A DNA stretch of 64,000 bases from Chrysemys picta bellii (taxonomy: Eukaryota), in the NCBI RefSeq assembly GCF_011386835.1, contig NC_088795.1:144026001-144090000 (forward strand), in the 5' to 3' direction. Made by a program: the position numbers and the translations under genes. Position 1 is the first letter of the stretch. Each line of letters opens with the position of its first letter. The notes beneath the pieces were generated by a model. That model did no database searches. It saw only the letters and a list, made by a program, of their open reading frames with translations, and was not told the origin of the DNA. Of the stretch, positions 45,660 to 57,190 are shown one piece after another.

Positions 45660-48310
45660 CTGCAGATGAGGGGTTTGGGGTGTGGGAGGGGCTCAAGGCG
45701 AGAGTAGGAGTGTGGGGGGTGAGGGCTCTGTCTGGGTCTGGGAATGGGACGTTTGAGGTGTGGGAGGGGCTCAAGGCGAGAGTAGGAGTGTGGGGGGTGA
45801 GGGCTCTGGCTGGGAATGGGAGGTTTGGGGTGTGGGAGGGGCTCAGGGCGAGAGTAGGGGTGAGGGCTCTGTCTGGGTCTGGGAATGGGAGGTTTGGGGT
45901 GTGGGAGGGGCTCAGGGCGAGAGTAGGGGTGAGGGCTCTGTCTGGGTCTGGGAATGGGAGGTTTGGGGTGTGGGAGGGGCTCAGGGTGAGAGGAGGAGTG
46001 GGGGGGTGAGGGCTCTGGCTGGGGCTGGGAATGGGAGGTTTGGGGTGTGGGAGAGGCTGGGGCAAAGGGTTGGGGTGTGGGGGATGAGGGATCTGGCTGG
46101 GACTGGGGATACGGTGTTTGGGGTGCTGGAGGGGCTCAGGGCGAGAGTAGGGGTGAGGGCTCTGTCTGGGTCTGGGAATGGGAGGTTTGGGGTGTGGGAG
46201 GGGCTCAGGGCGAGAGTAGGAGTGTGGGGGTGTGAGGGCTCTGTCTGGGTCTGGGAATGGGAGGTTTGGGGTGTGGGAGGGGCTCAGGGTGAGAGCAGGA
46301 GTGGGGGGGTGAGGGCTCTGGCTGGGGCTGGGAATGGGAGGTTTGGGGTGTGGGAGAGGCTGGGGCAAAGGGTTGGGGTGTGGGGGATGAGGGATCTGGC
46401 TGGGACTGGGGATACGGTGTTTGGGGTGCTGGAGGGGCTCAGGGCGAGAGTAGGGGTGAGGGCTCTGTCTGGGTCTGGGAATGGGAGGTTTGGGGTGTGG
46501 GAGGGGCTCAGGGCGAGAGTAGGAGTGTGGGGGGGTGAGGGCTCTGTCTGGGTCTGGGAATGGGAGGTTTGGGGTGTGGGAGGGGCTCAGGGCGAGAGTA
46601 GGAGTGTGGGGGGGTGAGGGCTCTGTCTGGGTCTGGGAATGGGAGATTTGGGGTGTGGGAGGGGCTCAGGGTGAGAGTAGGAGTGTGGGGGGGTGAGGGC
46701 TCTGTCTGGGAATGGGAGGTTTGGGGTGTGGGAGGGGCTGAGGGTGAGAGTAGGAGTGTGTGGGGAGGGGGAGGGCTCTGTCTGGGTCTGGGAATGGGAG
46801 GTTTGGGTGTGGGAGGGGCTCAGGGCGAGAGTAGGAGTGTGTGGGGGGTGTGGGCTCTGGCTGGGAATGGGAGATTTGGGGTGTGGGAGGGGCTCAGGGC
46901 GAGAGTAGGAGTGTGTGGGGGGTGTGGGTTCTGGCTGGGAATGGGAATGGGAGGTTTGGGAGGGGCTCAGGGTGAGAGTAGGAGTGGTGGGGGTGAGGGC
47001 TCTGTCTGGGGCTGGGAATGGGAGGTTTGGGGTGTGGGAGGGGCTCAGGGCGAGAGTAGGGGTGAGGGCTCTGTCTGGGTCTGGGAATGGGAGGTTTGGG
47101 GTGTGGGAGGGGCTCAGGGTGAGAGCAGGAGTGGGGGGGTGAGGGCTCTGGCTGGGGCTGGGAATGGGAGGTTTGGGGTGTGGGAGAGGCTGGGGCAAAG
47201 GGTTGGGGTGTGGGGGATGAGGGATCTGGCTGGGACTGGGGATACGGTGTTTGGGGTGCTGGAGGGGCTCAGGGCGAGAGTAGGGGTGAGGGCTCTGTCT
47301 GGGTCTGGGAATGGGAGGTTTGGGGTGTGGGAGGGGCTCAGGGCGAGAGTAGGAGTGTGGGGGTGTGAGGGCTCTGTCTGGGTGTGGGAGGGGCTCAGGG
47401 TGAGAGTAGGAGTGTGGGGGGGTGAGGGCTCTGTCTGGGTCTGGGAATGGGAGGTTTGGGGTGTGGGAGGGGCTCAGGGTGAGAGTAGGAGTGTGGGGGG
47501 GTGAGGGCTCTGTCTGGGTCTGGGAATGGGAGGTTTGGGGTGTGGGAGGGGCTCAGGGCGAGAGTAGGAGTGTGTGGGGGTGTGGGCTCTGGCTGGGAAT
47601 GGGAGATTTGGGGTGTGGGAGGGGCTCAGGGCGAGAGTAGGAGTGTGGGGGGGGTGTGGGTTCTGGCTGGGAATGGGAGATTTGGGGTATGGGAGGGGCT
47701 CAAGGCGAGAGTAGGAGTGTGGGGGGGGTGAGTGCTCTGTCTGGGTCTGGGAATGGGAGGTTTGGGGTGTGGGAGGGGCTCAGGGCGAGAGTAGGAGTGT
47801 GGGGGGGTGAGGGCTCTGTCTGGGTCTGGGAATGGGAGGTTTGGGAGGGGCTCAGGGTGAGAGTAGGAGTGGTGGGGGTGAGGGCTCTGTCTGGGTCTGG
47901 GAATGGGAGGTTTGGGGTGTGGGAGGGGCTCAGGGCGAGAGTAGGAGTGTGGGGGGGTGAGGGCTCTGTCTGGGTCTGGGAATGGGAGGTTTGGGAGGGG
48001 CTCAGGGTGAGAGTAGGAGTGGTGGGGGTGAGGGCTCTGTCTGGGTCTGGGAATGGGAGGTTTGGGGTGTGGGAGGGGCTCAGGGTGAGAGTAGGAGTGG
48101 TGGGGGTGAGGGCTCTGTCTGGGTCTGGGAATGGGAGGTTTGGGGTGTGGGAGAGGCTGGGGCAAAGGGTTGGGGTGTGGGGGATGAGGGCTCTGGCTGG
48201 GACTGGGGATAAGGTGTTTGGGGTGCTGGAGGGGCTCAGGGCGAGAGTAGGGGTGAGGGCTCTGTCTGGGTCTGGGAATGGGAGGTTTGGGGTGTGGGAG
48301 GGGCTCAGGG
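45660..48310 (+). repeat. G-rich minisatellite (about 60-70 bp variants) with higher-order blocks
   Basis: Repeated GAGGGCTCTGTCTGGGTCTGGGAATGGGAGGTTTGGGGTGTGGGAGGGGCTCAGGG; 303-bp block repeated (46047 vs 46350). Confidence 0.92.
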
Positions 48311-49055
48311 CTGGGGTAGAGGGTTGAGGGTGCAGTGGGGGGGTGAAAGCTCTGACTGAGGGTGTGGGCTCTGGGGTGGGGCAGGGCTGGGGATGAGTTT
48401 AGGGTGCAGACAGGCTGCTCCGGGACAGGGCCAGAGAGGAGGACTCCCCCCAGCCCTTTCCCTGCCGGCAGCAGCGAGCTCTGGGGGAGGAGCCCCCCTT
48501 CCCCGCCCCCCCCAGCAGCACATTCACCCCCACCACTGTCACTGCATGTGCTCCTAGGGCCCCTCTCAGGTCCAGGAATCTCCCTCGCCTCCCCTGTGGT
48601 GGGTGCCGGGAGGTGCTGCGTGCGCCTCCTCCCTGCTGTTGCCCCTGACTCACTGGGGGTGAGGGATGGGGCTGCCCCTTGCCCAGCATGGGGCAGGAGT
48701 AGTGACTGCGGGTTGGAGGGCCCCCTGTGCTGCTGGAGGGTCCTGCCAGAAAAGGGAAGGGTCTGAGGGGAAGGGCAGGCTCAGAGTCAGTCTGCCCTGG
48801 CAGTCGAGATGGGGGGCGCTAGGACCCTGCAGCAGCAGTTGCTGCAGAGGAAAGACAGGGACTCTCTGCTCCAGCCGGGGGGAGGGGGGAGCAAGTCGGG
48901 GCTGGGAGACACTCGGGGGAGGCGGCAGGTGGGGCCAGGGGGGAGATCACCCGGGTTATAAATATCTCCGTGCCAGCAACATTTTTTTTTCTCTACTGTT
49001 TTCTGCGCACCTCGGCTTTGTGTGCCCGAGGCAAGTGCCTCACTCGCCTCGTCCT

Positions 49056-49342
49056 TGTTACGGCACTGACTGGGGCTGGCCCGATTCCCAATAAAGCAGG
49101 GGCCATCCCAGGTGTGGGTCAAAGAGTGCTCCTTTGCTGAAAACTTTCTGTACATTACTGGTTGGCCTAGTTCCCATATCAAAGGAGGTTTTCCCCAGCC
49201 TAGTTTGTTGTCTGTGTATTGCTGTACTATGCCTAGCTGTGTTGCCACTTGCTTGTGCAAAGCAGCTATTGTCTCTGCTACGGTTTGTACCCATTCATCC
49301 GTTACCCGCTTCCCTTCCCAGGCACTAGGCAGTTCCACTCCC
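49056..49342 (-). pseudogene. LTR-retroelement integrase C-terminal fragment
   Basis: LHKQVATQL...GQPVMYRKF...WDGP, a GPY/F-like module. Confidence 0.5.
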
Positions 49343-50757
49343 TGTGACGTTATGAGTATGATATAATATCTCATTGAAAGATGACAGTCCAGAATTATGT
49401 CACAGACTGACCTGACCTATGGCCGAACTGTAGAGACTGGTTAGGAAGATCTGTAAATGAATAGAGCTTTGAAATGCAGCCGGCATTGTTAGAGGTAGAA
49501 GGGGAGGTGTTTGCTCAATCTTGTGATGTAAGCAAACAAGTCTTGTCTATCGCTGTAGCTTTGATTCAAAGATCAAAAAAGGAGTATTAATATTTAGGAA
49601 GATACTGGAGTGAAATAGTATTATTGTCTCTATGTCTCTCTGAAAGTTGTAGTAACCTGTATCTGAACTGTTTAATGGATAAATTACCCTGTGCTAATTG
49701 CCAGGATGTTTGGAAGAAGAGTTAAGCCTATTGTTTTCTCAGGCCAAAAGGCTGCTGGAAATGTATAAGAACCTTGGGACATGATCCTTCTTCATCTCAG
49801 ATCTGCTTTGGGTTTCAAGAGGGGGAAGGCTTCAGCCACAAGGATTGAGGTCCCCAGTCATTGACTGGAGTCACCCTGAATATGGACATTGGACTATAAC
49901 CTATGGACTATTTCTAAAAGGACTTTTGGCAACTACAGGCTCATCTCTGCTACGCATCTGAACCTCAAGAATTGAATTCAAGTCTGTCTGTAGATTGATC
50001 TTTTAACCAGCACTCTCTCTCTTTTCTTTTTTAATAAATTTTAGTTTAGTTAATAAGAATTGGCTATTAGCGTGTATTTTGGGTAAGATCTAAGTTATAA
50101 TTGGACCTGGGTGTGTCCAGTTATATCCTTTGGGGCTGGAAGAACCTTTTCTTTTATATGATGAGATCAGATTTTCCGTAATCATCATCATATCTGACGG
50201 GTGTGTCTGGACGGAGGCCTGAGGCTGGGCACTTTAAGGGAACTGCGTTGTTTGGATGTCTGAGTAACCAGTGAGGTAATACAGGAGCTGTTCTGTGCTG
50301 GTTGGTAAATCTAAGTATTGGAAGATCCACCAGCGTTTGGGGTTTGTCTGTCCTGTTCTGTTTGCAGTTCACCCTGATCGAATGACCTCAGCTGGCTCCC
50401 ACGGGCAGCATCATCACAGTGGCGGCGTCGTGCTTGGATCCACAGAACCAGGTCAATGAAGCTCTGGGTCAGAACCCCGCGCTATCCACATTTGAATGTT
50501 GGGATTGAGAGTTTGGTGGGTTAAAGAGCAGTTGCAATGGGTGAGCAAAGAGCATATGAGGCCTTGGCAAAAAAGCCCTGGAAGGTTTGTGTTCAGAAAA
50601 GGGATAAGCTTTAGAAAGAAAGCTACAAATGAAGAACTGAGAGATCTGTTAATGGCCAGTGATCCGGAGGCAGGAGCACAGCCCTTACCTGAGGCTACAG
50701 AAGCTGCAGAAGCCATTAGAATGCAAAAGGCAGCAAGTAAACTGCAAGCCCTGGAAG
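49343..50757 (+). mobile_element. Family B 5' LTR (49343-50418), PBS and gag N-terminus, truncated at a CR1 junction
   Basis: TGTGAC...TCACA then TGGCGGCGTCG; KATNEELRDLLMASDPEAG. Confidence 0.85.
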
Positions 50758-51235
50758 ACACCTGATATCTGCTGGGAGAGCAATACAGCAGTGCACACAC
50801 AATCCAGGAAGTTTTTGGAAAGTGTAGGGGACAATTTTCTGGTGAAAGTGCTGGAGGAACCAACTAGGGGCAGAGCTCTTCTAGACCTGCTGCTCACAAA
50901 CCGGGAAGAATTAGTAGGGGAAGCAAAAGTGGATGGGAACCTGGGAGGCAGTGACCATGAGATGGTCGAGTTCAGGATCCTGACACAAGGAAGAAAGGAG
51001 AGCAGCAGAATACGGACCCTGGACTTCAGAAAAGCAGACTTTGACTCCCTCAGGGAACAGATGGGCAGGATCCCCTGGGAGAATAACATGAAGGGCAAAG
51101 GGGTCCAGGAGAGCTGGCTGTATTTTAAAGAATCCTTATTGCGGTTGCAGGAAAAAAACATCCCAATGTGTAGAAAGAACAGTAAATATGGCAGGCGACC
51201 AGCTTGGCAGGTGACCAGCTTGGCTAAACAGTGAA
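50757..51235 (+). mobile_element. CR1 ORF2 endonuclease C-terminal fragment
   Basis: PDICWESNT...LDLLLTN...GGSDHEMVEF...FRKADF. Confidence 0.92.
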
Positions 51236-51539
51236 ATCCTTGCTGATCTTAAACCCTGCCCGTAGCATTCCCTTTTGTGATCTGGGGTAGTGAAAGCATG
51301 TTGTCTGCACAACAGGGCTTTTTTTTCTTTTTCTTTTTTCCCCCCTTTAAGTTAAAATACATTTGTGGTTTTCTTACAGTATTAAACAGTACCCATTTCC
51401 AAGTGGGGGGCCTTTGCAGATATCAATGAATGTCTTGGGGCTTGGTTGTTTTTTAAAAACATGTTTCTTTCATGCTTAAAGTTTGGGAGTGGGGTTGTTT
51501 CCTAGAAAGAATGACCCATAGCATTCATCCAACTCCTGG

Positions 51540-51970
51540 GCTGTATTTAAACTGTCCAATAGCATTCCACCAACTCCTGGGTCTTTTAAACTGGCCAATA
51601 GTGCTCTACCAACCCCAGGGGTTATATTTAAACTGTCCAATAGCATCCCACCAACTCCTGGGTCTTTTAAACTGGCCAATAGTGCTCTACCAACCCCAGG
51701 GATTATATTTAAACTGTCCAATAGCATTCCACCAACTCCTGGGTCTTTTAAACTGGCCAATAGTGCTCTACCAACCCCAGGGGTTATATTTAAACTGTCC
51801 AATAGCATTCCACCAACTCCTGGGTCTTTTAAACTGGCCAATAGTGCTCTACCAACCCCAGGGGTTATATTTAAACTGTCCAATAGCATCCCACCAACTC
51901 CTGGGTCTTTTAAACTGGCCAATAGTGCTCTACCAACCCCAGGGGTTATATTTAAACTGTCCAATAGCAT
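51540..51970 (+). repeat. 81-bp tandem repeat (dimer of 40/41-bp subunits), 5 and a bit units, each subunit with CCAAT
   Basis: ACTGTCCAAT recurs at 51551, 51632 and onward with 81-bp period. Confidence 0.92.
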
Positions 51971-52157
51971 CTGTGAATTCCTGAGGTTTAATTTCATTTC
52001 ATATTAAGCAGAACTCACCATCCACCCCCACCCACCCCTTACTATGGGTGCACTCCCATCAAATGTAACCCTATAGCAACAAGGGTAAGTAATTGCAGCC
52101 ACCCTGGCTATTCAGTGAGGGGTGTGAGTGGTTAAACCCATTCAGTTCAACAGACTA

Positions 52158-52235
52158 AGCATAGCTCAGTGGTTTGAGCATTGCCCCCCTGGGATCTGGG
52201 GCAAAATCAATATTTGGTCCTGCTAGTGAAGGCCG
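52158..52235 (+). mobile_element. Internally deleted tRNA-SINE fragment
   Basis: ATAGCTCAGTGGTTTGAGCATTG joined to GGGATCTGGGGCAAAATC...GGTCCTGCTAGTGAAGG. Confidence 0.7.
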
Positions 52236-52362
52236 TTCTATGAGATAGGTATATCTCTATATTAACTCTATTGTACTCAAACGCATGTCTGAACTAACAC
52301 TTTTAGGATTTTTTCCCCCCTACCGCAACATACATTTCAGCTTTTTGCTATAAATGGGTCTC

Positions 52363-52366
<4 letters not shown>

Positions 52367-52434
<68 letters not shown>
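52367..52434 (+). repeat. (AC)n microsatellite, about 34 units
   Basis: Uninterrupted AC run. Confidence 0.97.
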
Positions 52435-52437
<3 letters not shown>

Positions 52438-52738
52438 TTCTCACAAACAATTTATCTATTTTTATTTAAAAGACATACAGCTCCTTGAAAACAAACCAAG
52501 ATGCTTCATTAAAACTTTTTTAGCTCACTTAAGGGCAAAGGCCTTCTAACAAAACACAGATAGTCAGAAAAACCTTTTTTTTTTTAATATACAGCTACCA
52601 AGTTTTATATCTCATGTTTGTCCCCTCACGATTCTCTAACTTAATCCTTTTAGATTTCTTACAAATAGTCTTTTTCTTAAGCAGGGTTCTGTAACTTTTT
52701 GTGTGGACTAGACGGTCAATATAATGCTGTAAGCAGGT

Positions 52739-55255
52739 TGTGATGTTATTGACATAAACTGGGACCATATAGATCATTGTTGCAACCAAGGTCCTGTAGT
52801 GGCACCCAAATCTTGTATAAAGGGAGTCAAATGGGGTGTCTAAGACAAGGTTATGGTTTACTGGTTATGATTATGCTGTCTATATGTGTGTATCAATTTT
52901 ATAGTTGAAGTTATGAATATTGGCTCTATACTGTCTGTATGGCAAACTTATGCTATGCTTCTGGGTGACATCGCAGACAAACTGGTGTTAGCTCTGCCTA
53001 GCCTGCTTGATGGCCCATTAAGGACCATCAGCTATACAATGGACCCATTGAGAGAAGGCAAATATGCCTTCAGACTCAGCAAAGTATGCAGGAACTGGCC
53101 CATGTGACTCCAGACTCCATTTTGCTGTAATTTTCTACAGTAAGGACAAAGAGGTGATCTTACACCTGGAAAAGACTATATAAGGCTGATGCCTCATCTC
53201 CATTTTGTCTTCAATCCTGCTTCTTACCTCTGGAAGGACTTTGCTTCAAGCTGAAACTTTGAACAAAGGACTGAGGACCCATCCCAGCGGGGGATGTATT
53301 CCAGAGACTTAATTTGAACCTGCAGTTTATTCCATCATTGCTGCAAGCCTGAACCAAGAACTTTGCCATTACTGTATGTAATTGATTCTATTTAACCAAT
53401 TCTAGCTCTCATCTCTATCTTTTTCCATTTATGAATAAACCTTTAGATTTTAGATTCTAAAGGATTGGCAACAGCGTGATTTGTGGGTAAGATCTGATTT
53501 GTATATTGACCTGGGTCTGGGGCTTGGTCCTTTGGGATCAGCAGAACCTTTTTTCTTTTACTGCGGTATTGGTTTTCATAACCATTTGTCCCCATAAGGA
53601 GTGGTACTGGTGGTGATACTGGGAAACCGGAGTGTCTAAGGAAATTGCTTGTGAGACTTGCGGTTAGCCAGTGGGGTGAGACCAAAGTCCTCTTAGTCTG
53701 TCTGGTTTGGTTTGCCTTAGAGGTGGAAAAACCCCAGCCTTGGGCTGCAACTGCCCTGTTTGAGCAATTTGTCCTGAGTTGGCACTCTCAGTTGGGTTCT
53801 GCCAGAGCCGCATTGTCACAGTGGTGTAGTCGTGCTTGGATCCACAGAACCAGGTCAATTAAGCTTTGGGTCAGAACCCCGCGCTGTCCAAATTTGAATT
53901 TCGGGATTGAGAGTTTTGTGGGTTAAAGAGCTGCTGCAATGGCTGAGCAAAGAGCATATGAGGGACTTGGCAAAAAAGCCCTGAAAGATTTGTGTTCAGA
54001 AAAGAGGATAAGCTTTAGAAAGAAAGCTACAAAAGAAGAACTGAGAAATCTGTTAATAGCCAGTGATCAGGGAGCAAAAGCACAGCCCTTACCTGAGGCT
54101 ACAGAAGATGCAGAAAAAATTAGAGTGCAAAAGGCAACAAATAAACTGCAATTTGAGCATGAACAGAAGCTAGCAGATCTTCGATTGCTGGAGAAGCAGA
54201 AAATAGCGGAATTAGAGAAAGAAGCCGATCAAAGAATGAAGGAGGCTGATGAGAGAGAGAAGAGAGAGCCCGTAAGGGGCGTCTAGAGCTGTTCGCTGCT
54301 GAGCAGGAGACTCACAAGATGGAACAGGAGACGGCCAGACTTCAGCTCCAAGTAATGGAAGAGCGGAGAAAGTCATCCCCTCCTGGTACTCCACTTCCAC
54401 CCCGCCATGAGAAAAACTGGGAAAGGATGTGTCCCATTTACAATGATACTGAGGATACAGAGGAGTTTTTGTCTACCTTTGAACACCTTTGCAATCTGTA
54501 CCAGATCCCCGAGGGTCAGCGAATGCCTGTCCTGCTGACCAGACTGACTGGAAAAGCCAGGGAGGTATTTAATGAATTGGGGGAACAAGAAGCCTTGGAT
54601 TATGGGCGGTTTAAGGATTCTGTGTTAAGGCGGTTCAAGGTTACTCCAGAGTTAAGTTTAGAGAGTTTAAAATGTCTAAGGATTGTACTTTTGTAGAATG
54701 TGCTCATAAGCTGATGGGTTTTGTTAAAAAGTGGGTTATGGGAGCTAAGGCGCATGGGAGTTTTGAAAAACTGCTGGATTTAATAACTTTGGAACAGTTC
54801 TTAGACATTGTGCCTGACAATGTGAGAGCAGCTGTGTGTGACAGGGACCCTGAGTCAGTCCTACGGGCAGCAGAGATTGCGGATGCCCATATCCAAAACA
54901 GGGCTCGAGAAGGGTGTAAAACCCCGGGGAAAACTAATCACCATTCTCCCCAGTTCAAGAGGAGGGAAGGATTTAAAAGTAAACCTGACTCTTCTAAAGG
55001 AGTTTAACGGGGCCCGGAGGGTAGGAACTCACATCCCAGGACGGAACAGGTTACATGCTATCACTGGTATGCTGGGCCACATGAGACCAGACTGCCCGAC
55101 ACTGAAGGGCAGCCCAAAGCCAGCAACCCCAAATGCCACAGCAAATGCTAACCCTGGTGTTATAAACTCAGAGGCAAGCCACACAGAGCCCAGCTCTATT
55201 GTCCTGTGTGCAAATGCTGTTTCTGTGGTCTCTGAAGAATTTGACCTTAAAACTC
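52739..55255 (+). mobile_element. Family A 5' LTR (52739-53820), PBS (53822-53832) and frameshifted gag (53939-about 55250), truncated
   Basis: TGTGA...TCACA then TGGTGTAGTCG; DTEEFLSTFEHLC, ITLEQFLDIVP (SCAN-like capsid). Confidence 0.88.
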
Positions 55256-55595
55256 AGGTTTCCTTGCCAGGGTTGCCTGGTTCTTTAGGGGTCAGGGGTC
55301 AACTAGGAACCACTGAGCAAATGGGGGTGAGTCTGATCCCGGCCGGCTCAGCTCCAGGGGTGAAGTTCAGATCCAGGGGACCCAGGCGGCTGTGGGGAAG
55401 GTGGAGCCCTTGGGGTAACAATAATCCCAAGCCAGCACAAGAACAGTGTCACGCATGTGAGACTTTTCCTCCAAGCTCAGTTTATTTTTTAACCCAAAAG
55501 GTAAAAAAGTAGCAACTTGCTGGGAGTTAATTAACAAGCCAGGCAAAGCTCCCAGCGGCTGAGCAGGCAGGCGAAGAATCGCCCCCCCTGAGCCT

Positions 55596-56267
55596 TCAGC
55601 GAGACCCTGGAATCTCGTATCGGTAATAGAAGACGGAGAACTGCAGGAAGCTGGCGAGGAGCGATGGGGACCTCTGCGAGACCCTCCGGAAGCCCATGCT
55701 CTCGTACAGCTGCTGGGCTGAGTACTGAACCATGGTGGTGTTCAGCACGACCGCACTGTACCCGCGTTCCTGGGCGAAGCGGATGACCGTCCTGCAGAGC
55801 GCCTTGGCGATGCCCCGGCCCCGGTGCTCCCTCCCCACAGACATACGCTTCAGTTCCAGGGCGCACCCCCTTTCTGACGGGTCCTCGGGTAGGACGGCCC
55901 CCACCATGCCCACCACCGCCCCCTCAGCCTCTGCCACCCAGAGACAAGAGTCTGCTGCCTCCAGGTAGGTTCTCCGGATGTCCAGTAGGTTGTTGTGAAG
56001 AAACTGCTGGGCGTAATCGTTCCAGAGAGACCGGATGTAAAACCAGGCCCCAGTGAGACCGAGCAGGAGAGCCAGGAGGGAGATCAGGAGGGACTCGGAG
56101 GCTGCGAGCACCACCAGGAACAGGCCCAGGAAGTGCAGCTGGGCCTGGGGACACTTCAGCATGTAGATGAACGCAGCAGGAGTGTGCTCCATAATCCCAC
56201 GTCCGAACATGGTGCACACGGCCTCGTAGTCACCGTCCTCGTAGTGCCGGATGCGGTACGGGGCCAT
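55596..56267 (-). CDS. NAT8: NAT8/camello-like N-acetyltransferase copy 3, 223 aa, intact
   Basis: Open frame, HRGRGIA motif, 30 aa differences from copy 2; poly(A) signal at 55481-55486. Confidence 0.92.
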   Translation of the reverse strand: MAPYRIRHYEDGDYEAVCTMFGRGIMEHTPAAFIYMLKCPQAQLHFLGLFLVVLAASESLLISLLALLLGLTGAWFYIRSLWNDYAQQFLHNNLLDIRRTYLEAADSCLWVAEAEGAVVGMVGAVLPEDPSERGCALELKRMSVGREHRGRGIAKALCRTVIRFAQERGYSAVVLNTTMVQYSAQQLYESMGFRRVSQRSPSLLASFLQFSVFYYRYEIPGSR

Positions 56268-57005
56268 GGGGCCGCTCAGCCCAGGCACCCTAGGGCAGAC
56301 AGAGATTAAACCAGGGGAGCGGGTTGGGACATTGCTGATCCACCGGCCACTTCCCGCAGTGCCCCTGGCTTCTCGCTGCACTGGGCTCCCCCCACCCTCA
56401 CTGACTCCTGGCAAACACCTTCCACGCCTCCACCCACCGCCCTGCCATCTAATCACCCCCACTCCCAGCTACCTCAGCACCCACCCATCAGCCCTGCCCT
56501 GCGAGAGGAGCACCAGGAACGGGTCGGGGACGGGGGGAGACTTTCTCTCGCAGGGGCTCAGGGTAGAGGGGCTGTGGGGGCAGGACAGGGGGCTTCACTA
56601 GGTGGACACTGCCCCTTTAAATGCCAGCGCTAGCTGGCGACAGGCTGGCCGTGGAGGTTCCATGCCCCACGCTCTCAGCAGCTCCCCAGACTAACGGGCT
56701 GTGATCCCGTCTGGAAGGGGACGGCAGGTGTTTGTGGATCAGCCTCTCCCGCTCCCCCAGATCCACACCCAGAGCAGCTTGCAGTGCAGTGATCCCGTCA
56801 CCCTCGTCCCCTTGCCCAGCGCGGTACCTACCCAGCGGGGGTGCAGCGCTGCTCAGGAAGACCTGCTGACCTTGCAGGAGTGTTGGGAGCAGATCCCTAG
56901 ATCCCGAGTCCCCGGAGATTCCACGCTCGGGAGCAGAAGAGGTTTCCTGGACTCGTGGGAGAAGATACTCACTCTGTATCTGGGGCCTTTGCCCCATGCT
57001 GCTGG

Positions 57006-57190
57006 GGGGGATAGCTCAGTGGTTTGAGCATTGGCCTGCTAAACCCAGGGTGGTGAGTTCAATCCTTGAGGGGGTCACTTGGGGATCTGGGGCAAAATCA
57101 GTACTTGGTCTTGCTAGGGGGCTGGACTCAATGACCTTTTAAGGTCCCTTCCAGTTCTAGGAGATAGGATATCTCCATTAATTTATAAAA
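57006..57190 (+). mobile_element. tRNA-derived SINE, same insertion as 31401-31593
   Basis: Same flanks and sequence in inverted orientation. Confidence 0.88.

Noticed and set aside
45472-48327. Long ORFs up to about 300 aa
   Set aside because: Translations of the G-rich minisatellite.
51472-51997. 27-aa-repeat ORFs on both strands, or a CRISPR-like array
   Set aside because: An 81-bp tandem repeat with no unique spacers, in eukaryotic context; the open frames follow from a period divisible by 3.
57006-57075. tRNA gene
   Set aside because: SINE head: continues into SINE body and CR1-like tail, with no proper acceptor stem or terminator.
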